From: Styela clava
Taxonomy: Eukaryota
DNA: 64,000 nt
NCBI RefSeq assembly: GCF_964204865.1
Contig: NC_135260.1
Span: 7,626,001-7,690,000 of the forward strand
Direction of reading: 5' to 3'
The notes beneath the pieces were generated by a model that saw only the letters and a program-made list of their open reading frames with translations, had not been told where the DNA came from and did not search any database. The first letter of the stretch is position 1; every line of letters begins with the position of its first letter. The translations under genes were made by a program, and so were the position numbers. This document shows, piece after piece, positions 1 through 12,798 of the stretch.

Positions 1-1067
1 CTTGCAGACTTGTCTCCTTTTAAACATTACCCATTTTCAATATGACAATATTATTTTGGGATTTATGGTAAATTATTCATGCTGCATCTAAACTAAATAT
101 TTCACCTTAGAACTGGATTTTGGCTCCATAGCCATTTTAGATGTTTTTTGATACAACAACGAAACATCCTTAATGCAGTTTTGTGGCTGTGGCTAGAGAT
201 AATCATGTAACTATTCATTGGTGATCCTGTTGTGGTCACCCTCAGCATACTGTGGGTTCCACTGTAACTCTGCACCATCACAATCTTAGGTTTATTGCCC
301 ATTGTTAGACAATGCACATATCACAATGTATTGTTGTTATATAGCTCACTGCTTTCATCTCCTTGGTTATCGAGTTAGTGGTGCTCGAGGTCGTATTTTC
401 TTTTGGTGAAGTGAACGACTGCTGGTTATAGCAGATAGCTTCGTGATATTTTGTGTTTTTTTTTTCAATATACATATACTTGGTTCCACTTTTTCTTCAT
501 TATAATATAGTGTTAGACTTATTTATGGGTGCCGCTGCTCGATAACCAGTAGCCTACTGTTTTTCCGCATTTCCTCCACCCTGCAATATGGCCTGTTTAT
601 AATTGATTGCAGTTTGTATGTTTGTGCCTATTTTCAGTATGGTAAAATATAAACTACTGGTTACTGAACTATTTTCCTAGTGTCAAATATAAGCACCTAG
701 TCAACAATTCACTTTTATAGTGATCTCATAGAAATTGCATACAGATTAAAAATAAGTATAATATCCAACTTATGATGAGAATCCTTGTACATGTTCACAA
801 CACGAACCAAAAATTCTTTACAAGAAGTGTAATAGAAGAGAATTGAGATTGGCATGGAGCAAGTATCACAATGATTGTAAAAGCATAATCTTTCTAAGTT
901 AATTCAACTTAAACAGAGCTATATCTACTCTTCTAACTTTTTATACTACTTGCTGATACCAGTCTCTAAAACCCAAATTTTCTCTCTAATCAGGGGCTTG
1001 TGTTTTATTTTACAGGATCAAAAAAATAATATTTACTTGCTTATTTATATATAGCGGAACTGGAATT

Positions 1068-1517
1068 ATGACTAGTGCTCCACAGCAGATAAATTTGGCA
1101 GCATTGCCAACACACGAACTAAAACATCTTGTTGAGCAAATGCAGCAAGAAGTTGACATATTAAGTAACAGTCTTCAATCACTGAAATCTGCACAATCCC
1201 AGTTTGCAGAATCTAAATCATGTTTGGAGCTTTTGCAGAAATCTGAAAAAGGTAAAGAAATTTTGGTGCCGATGTCCGGTTGTCTCTATGTCCCAGGAAA
1301 TCTCAATGAAACAGAAAATGTCATGGTTGATATTGGAACAGGATATTATGTTGAAAAGAAAACAAAAGATGCTGAAGAATATTTTAATAGAAAAGTTGAT
1401 TACTTGAAGCGACAAATGGAGTCTTTGCAAACTATTTTGCAGCAAAAATTTCAAAATAAGCAAATGGTTACAGAAGTTCTTCAAACAAAACTCATACAAC
1501 AATCGCAGCAAAAATAA
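1068..1517 (+). CDS. PFDN5: Prefoldin subunit 5 (alpha-type), single coding exon, 149 aa
   Basis: Alpha-prefoldin motifs EILVPMSGCLYVPG and VMVDIGTGYYVEK between coiled coils. Acceptor-like AG at 1053-1054 just before the ATG; AATAAA near 1823. Confidence 0.95.
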   Translation: MTSAPQQINLAALPTHELKHLVEQMQQEVDILSNSLQSLKSAQSQFAESKSCLELLQKSEKGKEILVPMSGCLYVPGNLNETENVMVDIGTGYYVEKKTKDAEEYFNRKVDYLKRQMESLQTILQQKFQNKQMVTEVLQTKLIQQSQQK

Positions 1518-2705
1518 AAATATTGTTTCAAATGTAGTAGTTTGTGGTGCACATCATGGACTGCAATATTAGTAGCCATCACAGTGTCATGGGTTTGCTT
1601 CTAGATCATTGACCATATCACATGTCTTTTCACATTTATCATTTTGTTTTCATATGTAAACAGGGAGCAAAACAGCAACAACTTTTTTTTTCTGGCAGTA
1701 TATTGAGGATATTACTTTTTGCCTATGATGTCATAGAATGTCATGTTATTCCAGTGGACAAAAATCTCATTCTGCCCATTGATTTGAGTTTTGTCAGATG
1801 AATGATATCTGCTATTCACAATAATAAAAATAGTTTAAAATGTAAAATATTCAGATATTGTCGACGAATCTTTTAGCTATGTGAAGTAAATTGCTACTGA
1901 AAATATGTTGCTAATGCTAATTTTGAACTTTTTCCACACAATTTCGCTTTCAACACGGAAATATTTCCATTGCTGAAATTTAAATGATAAAAAACGCTTC
2001 TTCTGTGAGATTTTTTATCTGCATCTGATACCTTGAGAAAATTGGATACACATAAAACTGCAGGAATGTTCTGAAAACAGCTTTGTTATCTGATTAATCT
2101 TATGTTATCATTATCTTCTCCACAATTGTAAGTCATCAGGGGCGAAGCCAGGAATTTTCGAAGGGGCTTGAAATTTTTAATTGCCAAGTCTGACCGTAAC
2201 AACCTAGGTCTGTCCGGAGGCCGAAAAACGTCGGTTTTAATTTTTTAACGTTATAAAAAGGGGGGGAGGGGCACCCGCCCCTGAGCGTTGAGTGACATCC
2301 ACGTACCTTTACAATGTACAATTTTATCCGAAATGATTCAGTTTTACGCAAAAATTTAAAAATGACAGGTTCAGAATCAGTTTCCAGTCTGCTTAAACGT
2401 CACACTGCGGTTAACTGGTTTATTTTATCCTGCTTAGGGTTAAAGTATTCCCCCTGTAATTCCCAGCTTTACTCACTGGGTCTTCCTGTATGGCTTGCTA
2501 AGCTGACGAATGACTGTGGTTGCCTTGTGATAATCGCATCCTGAAAAAAAAATTGTGCAATTGTAATTAGGGTTGGATTATCCGGATAGCGGTTAACCGA
2601 GAGATATTTTGATATCTGGATATTATTGTAAAGGTTAACCGGATAATAGAGAAGTATAAATAATGCATATGCGCATTAGTGATTTTTAGATGGAACCACT
2701 CAGAG

Positions 2706-4260
2706 CAGTGGTTCCCAAACCATAGGTCGCGACCTACTGGTGGGTCGCAAACGGAATCTTAGTGGGTCGTGAAAAGATGTAGAAAGCTTTGATTAATTAT
2801 TACTTATCGATTTTAATCGGTAAGTATGTTGATAGGTATTTGTCTGTTAGATGCACGCGATATCTCACGAAAGCGAGATTGAATCTGCTCCAGATTTTGC
2901 ATGTGCATTCATTATATGTCGTACCATAAGCCTATTGATTTTGGATGAATTATGTTGTATAATTAGCGAGTTATGGACCTTTGACCCCCGGATAATTCTT
3001 TCTATACTTTACCATTGCAAAATTTTCAGGGGTATTTTAAGGGTGCTTTTGCGAGTTGGCGCCTGTAAAATGGGGTATGTGTTTCAAACCATCATTATGA
3101 TTCATCGCATACAACAATCTTTTAAAAGTACCGGTAAAGAATTTCAGGCTAGTCTATCACAGCTATTTCTACACTGATTTTTATTACTGCAATCAAATTA
3201 AAACTCCTAGGAAGACAGAGTGATCATTGAATTATCTGATTTATATTTAAGTTTCCGAAACACAACTGAAAACTAACGAATAGAGTTGAAAAACGCGGAA
3301 ACGAGGTAATGTTTACAACCATACTTAAAAATCTGTCTGAGTGAGAAAAGTGTCTGAGCGGATGCGAAAAGGGGGCATTGTTACGTCACTTTTTGCATCT
3401 TGCTGATTGGCCAATGTCACGAAGTAAACAAGGAAAACGATGCTCGGGGAAAGGTCCATTAATTAATTAGTGATGAGACACAAGGTGTCACTATGGAGTA
3501 AGAGCGCTGTTTTGGGATCCCCTAACTTTCGATTGATAAGTCTTCGGTCTCTGACCGATATTCTCGTTATACTGGTTATTAGGATCGGTGACGACTCCAA
3601 TACGTAAACCTGCAAAAAAACAAATTAAATTTAAATTCTAGTCTGTCAAAGTTTCCTTTTTACGATCTTCCCAATGGAACAAAAATTGCTACACAAAGAC
3701 TAACCATGTGTCTTTTTTACGCATAGCAGTTTTGTACACTGTACAGCAATCGTGTTTCCTAGAAATTTAGACAGGATTTAGATTTATTTTCCTCTGAAGA
3801 ATAACCTATGGTGTTTTTTTAGAAGATGTCTTTTGAGTTCATTTATCAAAAATGAAATTACATTGTAGAAAATCACGAGATTTTTTAATAAACATTATAC
3901 AAAAATCGACATCCATTGTTTTTATTTGTATTTCCTATACAAAAATCAAGTGACAAATATCATAATTGTGATTGTGACATCACACAATCTTGAATAGTAG
4001 TGTGATCTTCAACTTACCTCAGGTCATTGAACCTTCCCTCTGCCACACATTTTAAATTTATTTCAAGGGTTGGGTTTAATTAAAATCATTTTTGAAATTA
4101 AAATTAGGTCTTATTTTCAGGCCAGGTCTTATTTTCGAAGTAACACGGTGCTTTACGATGATTAGCCATTTCTGTGTTATGTCTTAAAAAGTTAAATGGG
4201 TCGCCATAAGCTGTGGTAATAAATAGTGGGTCGCAACTCTTAAAAGTTTGGGAACCACTG
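2706..4260. mobile_element. Non-autonomous hAT (Charlie/Buster-like) element containing nested repeats
   Basis: TIRs CAGTGGTTCCCAAAC / GTTTGGGAACCACTG. 8-bp TSD actcagag / tctcagag (7/8). Same termini as 22978-24291. Confidence 0.85.
2975..3457. mobile_element. ~0.5-kb MITE with GGACC termini, copy 1 (left end shortened), nested in hAT element
   Basis: Highly similar to 6621-7127 along its length. Right end TCGGGGAAAGGTCC; AT on both flanks. Confidence 0.75.
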
Positions 4261-6620
4261 TCTCAGAGCATTTATTTAATCACTCATATCCACACTACCC
4301 TGCCTTTAGTCATCTGTGTAATGCTGGAGTGAACTTGGCCATTACATCACAAAACACGCAGAACAAATGTGATTATTGCGTATTTGCGTTATAGAAAAGC
4401 TCGACTTACGTTACGTTAAAATAAAATCATTTCTACTCTAGATATAAGAATACGTGGTTAGCTGCACGAATAAATCCAATTTCGTATTTTTGCGATCTTG
4501 CAAATTTATCAAATTTGAGCTATTATTGCAATTCCCATGAGTATAATTTATTTAGTACAATAAATGCAGATATTAATTAGCTCATACATCAACATTTTCG
4601 GGAGAAAAGTCGGGTTCAGTCTCGACGGTATACAACGCCGATAATTGGTTTCGCCCGGAACTAAAATGGCCGCAGTATGTTATCTATCGTCGTATCTATC
4701 TAACGTTAAGAGAGTAGTTCTGAAACACACATTTTTAACGGAATATAAGGAAGTAAATGCTAACGAAAATACCACGACACTTGATTTATGAGCCAGTGAT
4801 AGATAAAGCAAAACTCTATTTTAGGCGCCTTTTGTATCGCCAAAATATCGTAATAATTGTATTTACTGAATTTACAACAAGGGTAACTTTTCACGAGATG
4901 TAACTTCTTAGCAAATTAAAACTGTGCCGAATTTAATTCCCCAAATAATCACCCGACGCGGAAGAAAACGATCGGCGATGAAAACAAAATTAGCTTGTAA
5001 AATCCGACCGAAAAATTTGAAAAGAGATGGAAGTGCTGTTATTACATTCATGGTTTCCAGGGAACTCTCTTTGTTTGCAAGATGCAAAGTTTAATTTAAC
5101 AGACTTTGCATCGTGTCATGTTTTTCATTTACTCATTTAGGGTGGTAAGTGAAGTTTTCAAAAACTGGTGCAGCATTGTTTTGGCTCTGTTAATTAAAGG
5201 GTATTCGGATGGAAAAAGATTGCAAGTCGTGGCCTAAATAGTACAAACGTGAGAATATTTACAGTGAAATGTTAAATAAGTGAAGTTTTCAAATTAGAAG
5301 AAATTTCTGACTAGTTCGTTTTTTTTTTCAAAATCATCATTACGCTTTGTCATTAAAAATTTCGTTCAAAATTTAATTTTCAAAACTAGTATTTTCTTAT
5401 ACACTTCACGGACTTTGTTCTCCCCCCCCCCCCTCCCCTATATTATATTTTTTTGGGATACTTCTCCCACTGAAATAAAATCGAAATGCATGATTTTTTG
5501 TTTCCATGATTTCATTTATATGTATGCTCTTATGGTATATATTCACAAAGTTTATTTCGTCGTGCAGGAAATCACAAAATAATATAGAACACTAAATAAT
5601 ATACAATACAATAATAAATTTCATTGCAATTGATAGAAAGGTGCGAAGGATCAGAAATGATCAAAATGAGAAAAGAGGCTCCAGACACAAAAAGAAACTT
5701 TCAACAAATTCAACTATGAAGTAGAAATAATATAATTCTTCACATATGATTAAAATAGAAGAAAATAACTTCGCGGTGGCGATGAAAGACAATTAGGACA
5801 CAATATTTTCGAAAAATGTTTCATTTTATTATTCCGTTGTACATCGGTACGATTACAGAGCTTAAATTATTATTATCCGTCATCCAGATAATAAAAATTA
5901 TAGGTATCCGAACTAACCCTAATTGTAATGTTGGGAATAATACAACAGTTTTTGTTAGTTCGTGTGTTTCAGGAATGAGTGGATTTTATCTCATTGGCGA
6001 GACCTTCCCCATTAGCATTCAACTCTGAAAAGTGTGAATTGACTTTCAGCAGCGTCCCATGTTTCTTAACATTTGTCTCGGATTTGGTCTGGTAGTTGAT
6101 AACTGCCCATCAAAATTAGCAGAACAAGAAGGTCGCGCATCAGGTAATGCCTAAGCGGAGCAGCGAGTTTTCTGAAATATAGCCGGACAAGCGGAATAAC
6201 GCGTTCCCGTTATTAAATGCCCTGGCCCCCCGTGATTTGAAATAAAACAGGTAAATATTTGATGGAGAGGTTCCATAGGTTCACTTCGTGTCACGTTGTT
6301 CAATATATCTTCCAATAAATTGAAAAAAGACATCAAATCGGCCCGCGGTACTAAGGAAAATTAAAAAAATGTAAAACTGATATCTGCCCTAAGTTTTAAT
6401 ATATTCAAGTATTGGAATTTAGAAACCGGTTAGTGCATTAGTTGCCGAGAAAAGCCGTTTTCCCATACAAGGGGTCAACAACAATATAGTACTAGTACAA
6501 CGATCGATGAGTTCGCATGGTGGCCAATAAATATCCGAAATCTGGCGCATTGCACTATCCCACCGCAGAACACGGTATTTTAAGTGGTTTTCAATTCTAT
6601 AAAGGAATAGTTTTCATCAT

Positions 6621-7127
6621 GGACCTTACCCCGACCTTTGACCCCCGAAAAATTCTTCCTATACTTTACTATTGCAAAATTTTCGGGACTTATTTTAAGA
6701 GTTATTTCGCGAGTTGGCTCCTGTAAAATGGGGTATTTGTTTCAAACCATCATTATGATTCATCGCATACAACAATCTGTTTTTCAAAAGTACCAGTAAA
6801 TTTTTTTAGCCTAGTCTATCACAGCTATTGCTACACTAATTTTTATTACTGCAATTGAATTGAAACTTCTAAAAAGACAGAGTGATCATTGAATTATCTG
6901 ATTTATATTTAAATTTCCGAAACACAGCTGAAAACCAACGAATATAGTTCAAAAACGCGTAAACGAGGTGATGTTTACGTCTTCACGACCTCTACTGAAA
7001 ATCTGTCTGAGTGAAAAAAGTGTCTGAGCGGATGCGAAAAGGGAGCATAGTTAGGTCACTTTTTACATCTTGCTGATTGGCCAATGTCACGAAGTAAACA
7101 AGGAAGTCGATGCTCGGGGAAAGGTCC
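6621..7127. mobile_element. ~0.5-kb MITE with GGACC termini, copy 2
   Basis: TIRs GGACCTTACCCCGA / TCGGGGAAAGGTCC (1 mismatch); AT on both flanks. Confidence 0.8.
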
Positions 7128-7201
7128 ATTACTCATCAAGCATATTTATTGCAGATCGTCGAGAAATAGCTCGAACCGCTTTCGCGCGGCGAGAGTCATA
7201 G

Positions 7202-7790
7202 TCAGAGGCGGATTATGCCCCTTTGGTGCCCTATAAGCACTGAATACTCTGGTGCCCCCATATGTGTCATTTAAAATATAAAAACAATAAAAAACCACGT
7301 ATATGTATTACCCATCAAAAATAATCACATCCAACAGTAAAAAGACAACTTTTACGAACATTTTTGACATTGTGATTTATTTCATCTTTTGCAGATAGAA
7401 TATTTTCAGCACCATAACATTGGTCCCTCACATTACCATCTTTTGCAGGTATTTCGATAGCGATACTGAAGCTGTTTATTTCTATTACTGTGCTAGGCAG
7501 GCCTGCCTGTGAGACTACGTCATAATTTGATTTTGAAGAAAGCATGGTGGAATTTATTTCATCTGCATATACTTCTGATGACTGAGATTGGCTTTAACTT
7601 GGTACGAGGATATCATGTTTTAATATATAGTGTAAAGAAAGATGTCAGCTTTGCAGTCTAAATTCAAATTTTTTTTTGTTCCTTCTTTGTTAGTTTACTT
7701 TTTTGTGCACCACTTTACTAAACAAGCCTCGATTATTTTTTCGGGTTCTACAAAAAATAATATTGAAATTGGTGTTCCATCTGAAACAAA
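7202..7790 (-). mobile_element. Degenerate hAT (Tip100/ZMYM-like) remnant
   Basis: GC-rich end CAGAGGCGGATT at 7203. Minus-strand fragments SGAQKSKLTKKEQKK...AKLTSFFT resemble the N-terminus of Tip100/ZMYM1-like transposases; frameshifted. Confidence 0.35.
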
Positions 7791-7864
7791 AGACCAATTC
7801 TATATGTACACGAAAGACAAAATGTTAGAGATATGACGTGCTTGGCACGGCTAACAGTAAAAAA

Positions 7865-8367
7865 AACTAGAATTGTTCATCTGTTTACAGGTCCGAAATA
7901 GCGTTATATGATTTTCATATGTGCTAGAGGAGTGTGGCGATGAAGATCCATGCGTCTAGTCTCAACGTGAATCAAAATATCAGATGATTTGAGACACAAC
8001 TGGAGTTTAAAATTTTACTCGTACCTACCTAGTAGTCTATCTTCAGGAAACGCCAACTTTCCTGACAACTAGATCGCCAAAATGCGATTGCGGAACCCCC
8101 TCATAAAGCGTCATTCTTAATTTTGATGATGTCGCCACCAAACTTCCGACTGAAAACGAATCCCATAAAACCGAAATTTTTTTGAAATGAATAAAATAAA
8201 TAGCATTGTTCTAGCGGTAACAACAATCTTTAACAAAAAAGCAATTGGTCCAATAGTCGAAAGGGAAAAGAGATTTTTTTTAAAACAAAAATACAACAAC
8301 AAGGAGAATACTAATAATACAAACACAACAATTTAACAAATGATCTATAGGTCTATTTCGTGTCCAA
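7865..8367 (-). mobile_element. Helentron-like non-autonomous element (HINE), diverged copy
   Basis: Family core AAAGCAATTGGTCC, ACA-rich tract, end CGTGTCCAA; begins AACTAG. Confidence 0.55.
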
Positions 8368-8637
8368 TATGTAAGTTTCAGTGTTCGTTACTAATTGGTG
8401 GCCAAGTTGTGATTATTTTGCGACTTTTTTCTGAAGATGGTTCGCAAACCCACAATAGATACCCTAATAGAGTTGACGGGTTGAGAGACGGACGTATTTT
8501 CTCTTCTCTCGCTGGTACAATTAATGAGTTGCTAAAGCGCCGCTAGTCTACCTGACTTTGTTATCTTAATACTGTATCAGCATATCGTCGATTTCGCCAT
8601 TTAACGTTCTATAGCCAGTCAGTCTACACCCAATAAA

Positions 8638-11600
8638 ATGGCAAAAGTACACGGAATTAGTTCAGTTTCTATAGACACCAGCATTCTGCAAAACCTGGAC
8701 ACCATTCAAATGAAACAGAAATCTCTCGAAGACAGATTTCTGACGGAGGCAAGTCAATCTCCTAAATCAAAGCAAAGAAGCGGAGCATCTTCTATAATCT
8801 ATGTCATCTACTACCTCCAACCCTCGGCTAACAGTCATTTAATAAAAGGCATGTATTTTAACATTTATTCTACATCATCCCATTCCTTAATAGAAGAACT
8901 AAAGCAATTGGCATCCGAAATTGATGTAATAAAATCGTTAGTTGAGGAAATTGATAGAAGATCCAAAGAAAATGAGATAAAAATAGACAACCTCGAGCAA
9001 TACGGTAGACAGAACTGCCTCATCCTCCACGGATGTAAGAACATTCCGCCGTCTAAACCGTATCAGAGATTTGAGATGTTTGTGGCGAGAACCCTTAATA
9101 CAAGTCTAAAACTCAAATACCCGGTTTAATTTGGGGATATTGACACAACACATATTCTACCAAAGGACTCTAAAGGAAATGTACCGATCATTGTTAAATT
9201 TGATCGTCAACACCAACTTTATGCTGCTAAAAAAAGACTCCGCGGAACCGGCCTTTCCATCACAGAATCTCTAACCGAATGACGCCGCATCTTATTATTG
9301 AAGCCCGATAACGACTATCTTTCGACAATGTATGGACGATGAATGGCGAGATATATGGAACATTCAATGGCAAAAGGAGTATTTAGGAGTATAAAGGAGA
9401 AAGAGTATTTAAATCAATTGATGATATAGTAAAATTAAACTGAGTCTTAAATTAGTGCAACGATATAGATGTTTAACATAGGAATTGTGTCAGCTAGATA
9501 TGCGCATAACTAGCAATCCCATAAGCGTATACTAGCATCGTAGTACACCGGTTAAATAGTCTATCAGAAAGTATGAATTAATGAGTGACTAGAAAAAATA
9601 ATAATAATGCTTTATCATGCCATGGTTGTAGTAAAATTGTAAAAGATAACGAATACAGTATTTTTTGCACTGTTCACATTGGATCCATTTAAAATGCAGT
9701 GGGTTATCCCAAAGTGAATGCGAGAGATTAGAAAAGGTACCCGACTGTGTTCCCTGGTGCTGTAGATGCTGTCTTAATAGCAACCTTCCGTTCTGGCAGT
9801 TATCAAGATTAGAAGTGATTAATTTATTTAAAATAGCTCCTATTCCAAGTGGGGTAAGCACCCTAGACCCATTAGCTTTGAATGACCTTTTTGACTCTGA
9901 TATCATCGACGACGACCAGGACGAAATAGCCTCAGGTCTATGCACTTGGCAATATATAAGTACAAACGATATTGAAAAGATTTGTCCAAGCTCAAAGCAA
10001 AATGGTTATCTTTTCACAATGTGCGCAAATGTGCGTTCACTTGCAAACCCAAAAATTTTTGCCAAACTGGAAGTTTTGTTAGAATCAATGACTAGTCTAC
10101 CCGATATAATTGCGGTGAACGAAACTTGGCTTAGACCCGACCAAGTTGGCGCACATATAAATTTACGTGATTACAGATTAATTTCAAATGCAAGAAGAAA
10201 GCATAAAGGTGGTGGAGTAGGCTTGTATATTAGAGATCCCCACTGTCTGATAATTTTAGAAATAAAGATTTTCTTTAATCTCACGAACACTGTTTTGCCC
10301 TCACTATCAAGACAAAGTATATATGGGTGATCTTAATTACGACCTGATGGACACCTCGCACCGTTTCGTCAACGAATTGACTGAGTTGATGAACCAATAT
10401 TCTTTTTATCCCACTGTAACCAAACCGACCAGAATAACTGAAAACAGCGCGACAATTCTCGATCATATATGGACAAACATATACGATCGAAAACCTGTCA
10501 GCGCTATTCTAACCGATGCAATCTCTGATCATCTACCTGTAATGCAGTGCATGTCGATAGAACAAAAAACACTTAAAAACGAAGAAAACAGTTTTTCTCG
10601 ACCATTTAATCCGACCAATATGACTGATTTTAGGACGTCATTAGAATGTATTGATTTTTCTGTAGTGTATGAAGAGTCAGACCCCAACGATGCCTTTAGA
10701 AAATATTCTTGCCATGTTATGCCAGTTTTTAATCGCTGTTTTCCTCAAATTTCCTCAAACAAAAGGTGGTTTGATAAAGAATTATCAAAACTTCACAAGA
10801 AAAAACAGAAACATTACAAATTAGCCCTTATCAATAAATCGCAATGTTCTAGGAATGAATACTTGGAAAACAAGAAAACTTATAAAAAAATGATATTGGC
10901 CAAAAAGCATTCTTACTACAGATAGCTCTTGGGTAAAACTAAGAACGATCTGAAAAAATCGTGGCAAACAATGAATACCCTGATAGGTCGATGCAAATCT
11001 AAACTGTCAAAAGTATTTGTTGGGGGAAATAAGGAAACGTGTGATCCTGTATTGATAGCCGATCATTTCAATGAACATTTTTCTACGATAGGAAAGCAAA
11101 TGTTTGATAAATTTACTAATGATATTGACGGTAACTTCATGAAATACATGGGCAAAATCAAGTAACTCTTCGATGTTTCTATCACCCGTAACAGGCACAG
11201 AAATACAAGCTATTATTTGAGCTTTTAGACCTAAAATTAGCTGTGGTCTTGATGGAATCCCTATTAAGGTTATCAGAGCAATGCCGTGGAACTGCATGCT
11301 CTCTCTAGCTCATGTTTTTAATCTTCTTTGCAATCGGGACAATTTATTGATGAACTTAAAATCGCTAAAGTTGTACCGCTTCACAAAGGCGGAGACATGA
11401 AAAATGTCAAAAACTATAGACCGATTAGCTTACTGCAGTCTTTTTCAAAAATTTTAGAAAAAGTAATGTACAATAGATTAGTTAACTTTCTAGAACAAAA
11501 GAGTTTTTTCTACCATCAACAATTTGGTTTTTGCAAGGGACATACCACTTCGCATGCTACGTCTCTACTTACAAGTAAAATACTGGGTGGATTTAAAAAA

Positions 11601-12796
11601 GGCCATTATACTCTCGAGCTATTTCTTGATCTATCGAAAGCTTTTGATTGCATTGACCATCATATTTTGCTTTCCAAACTCTACCACATAGATGTTAGAG
11701 GCCACTGCCTTTCGTGGTTCCGCAATTACCTGGCTGATTGCAAACAAGTGTTAGTTAGTTTATGACGGGCACTCTCCAAGTAAATACTGCGACTTAACAA
11801 TTGGGGCCCCTCAAGGGTCACGTATGGGGTCTATATTTTTCTTAATTATGATTAATGACTTCCCTAAATCACTCAAGAACTCCGATGCTATCCTATTTGC
11901 TGACGACACCAACCCTTTCCTACAAGGGAAAAATTTACCAGACTTTATTGAAAAAGCTAATGCTGATGCTGACTTTACTAATATTCAATCTTGGCTAACT
12001 GCAAACAAACTAACAGTAAATGCGGAAAAGACCAAGTACATGATTTTCAGGGCACGATTTTCAGGGTGTTTTACTCGATGACAAATTGTCATGGAAATAC
12101 CACTCACAATTGGTACTATCTAAAACAAGGACAGCACTCGGAGCTATTTTAAAAGTCAATAAAAACCTTGATAAGTCATGCCTGTTAACATTATACCACT
12201 CATTAATAGAAAGTCATATACGATATTGCATACAAACTTGGATGCATCGTCAAAAAGGTATTACAGCAAAAAATCAAAGTGTCTGTAATCAGTTCTTGAG
12301 AATGACTTTTGGTAGAGGTCGGAGAGATGGTGTCGCAGATTTGTTCAAAAGTGAAAAACTACTACGTGTAACCAACTCCCATTGCTCAGGAAACAAGTCT
12401 CGGGCAACCCACTGATCTATTGTCTCTAGTTCCTGCGTATTTTTATGGTTTATTAGCTTTGTACACTTACTTCGTTGGATTGTCGCTAATGAAAAGATCA
12501 TCTTATACAAATTTAAATTTATCATGCTGAGACGTGGTGACAATAAATTCCACAAAATAGCACCTACGAAATTGACCTGCATTTTATGCCAGACTCTATT
12601 GTTCTCATTTCTTTTGTCGCATACAACTTATGATTAACAACTGTGTGAAAGAACTGTGTCAAAGAATTTTTACATATGTCGTTTATTGTTTACCTTCTAA
12701 GAACCTAATCTTTTTGTGTCGTGGTCCCACCCGACGTTGGTTTTTGGCAAGTTCATGTCTCGAACAAATTTTTACTTGTTTCGTACAATCCTTTGT
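8638..12796 (+). mobile_element. Decayed non-LTR retrotransposon (CR1/L2 group): ORF1 plus ORF2 (PHD, AP endonuclease, reverse transcriptase)
   Basis: ORF1 motif IDNLEQYGRQNCLILHG. PHD at ~9615-9770. Endonuclease motifs NVRSL, IIAVNETWL, GGGVGLY, GDLN, ILDHIW, ISDHLPV. RT motifs NYRPISLL, QFGF, LDLSKAFD, PQGS, FADDT. Many stops, frameshifts and internal deletions. 5' boundary unresolved; 3' end abuts a HINE. Confidence 0.92.
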
Positions 12797-12798
12797 AA

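Noticed and set aside
1-900. Possible exons of an upstream gene
   Set aside because: Splice-like sites exist, but no consistent open frame or recognisable protein could be built.
2340-2545. Possible minus-strand exon after TTTTCAG, including a TGA read-through idea
   Set aside because: All three frames stop quickly, no recognisable homology, and no SECIS or linked exons could be supported.
5990-6352. Minus-strand exon-like stretch (ORF 6151-6336)
   Set aside because: Interrupted by stops; no motif recognised.
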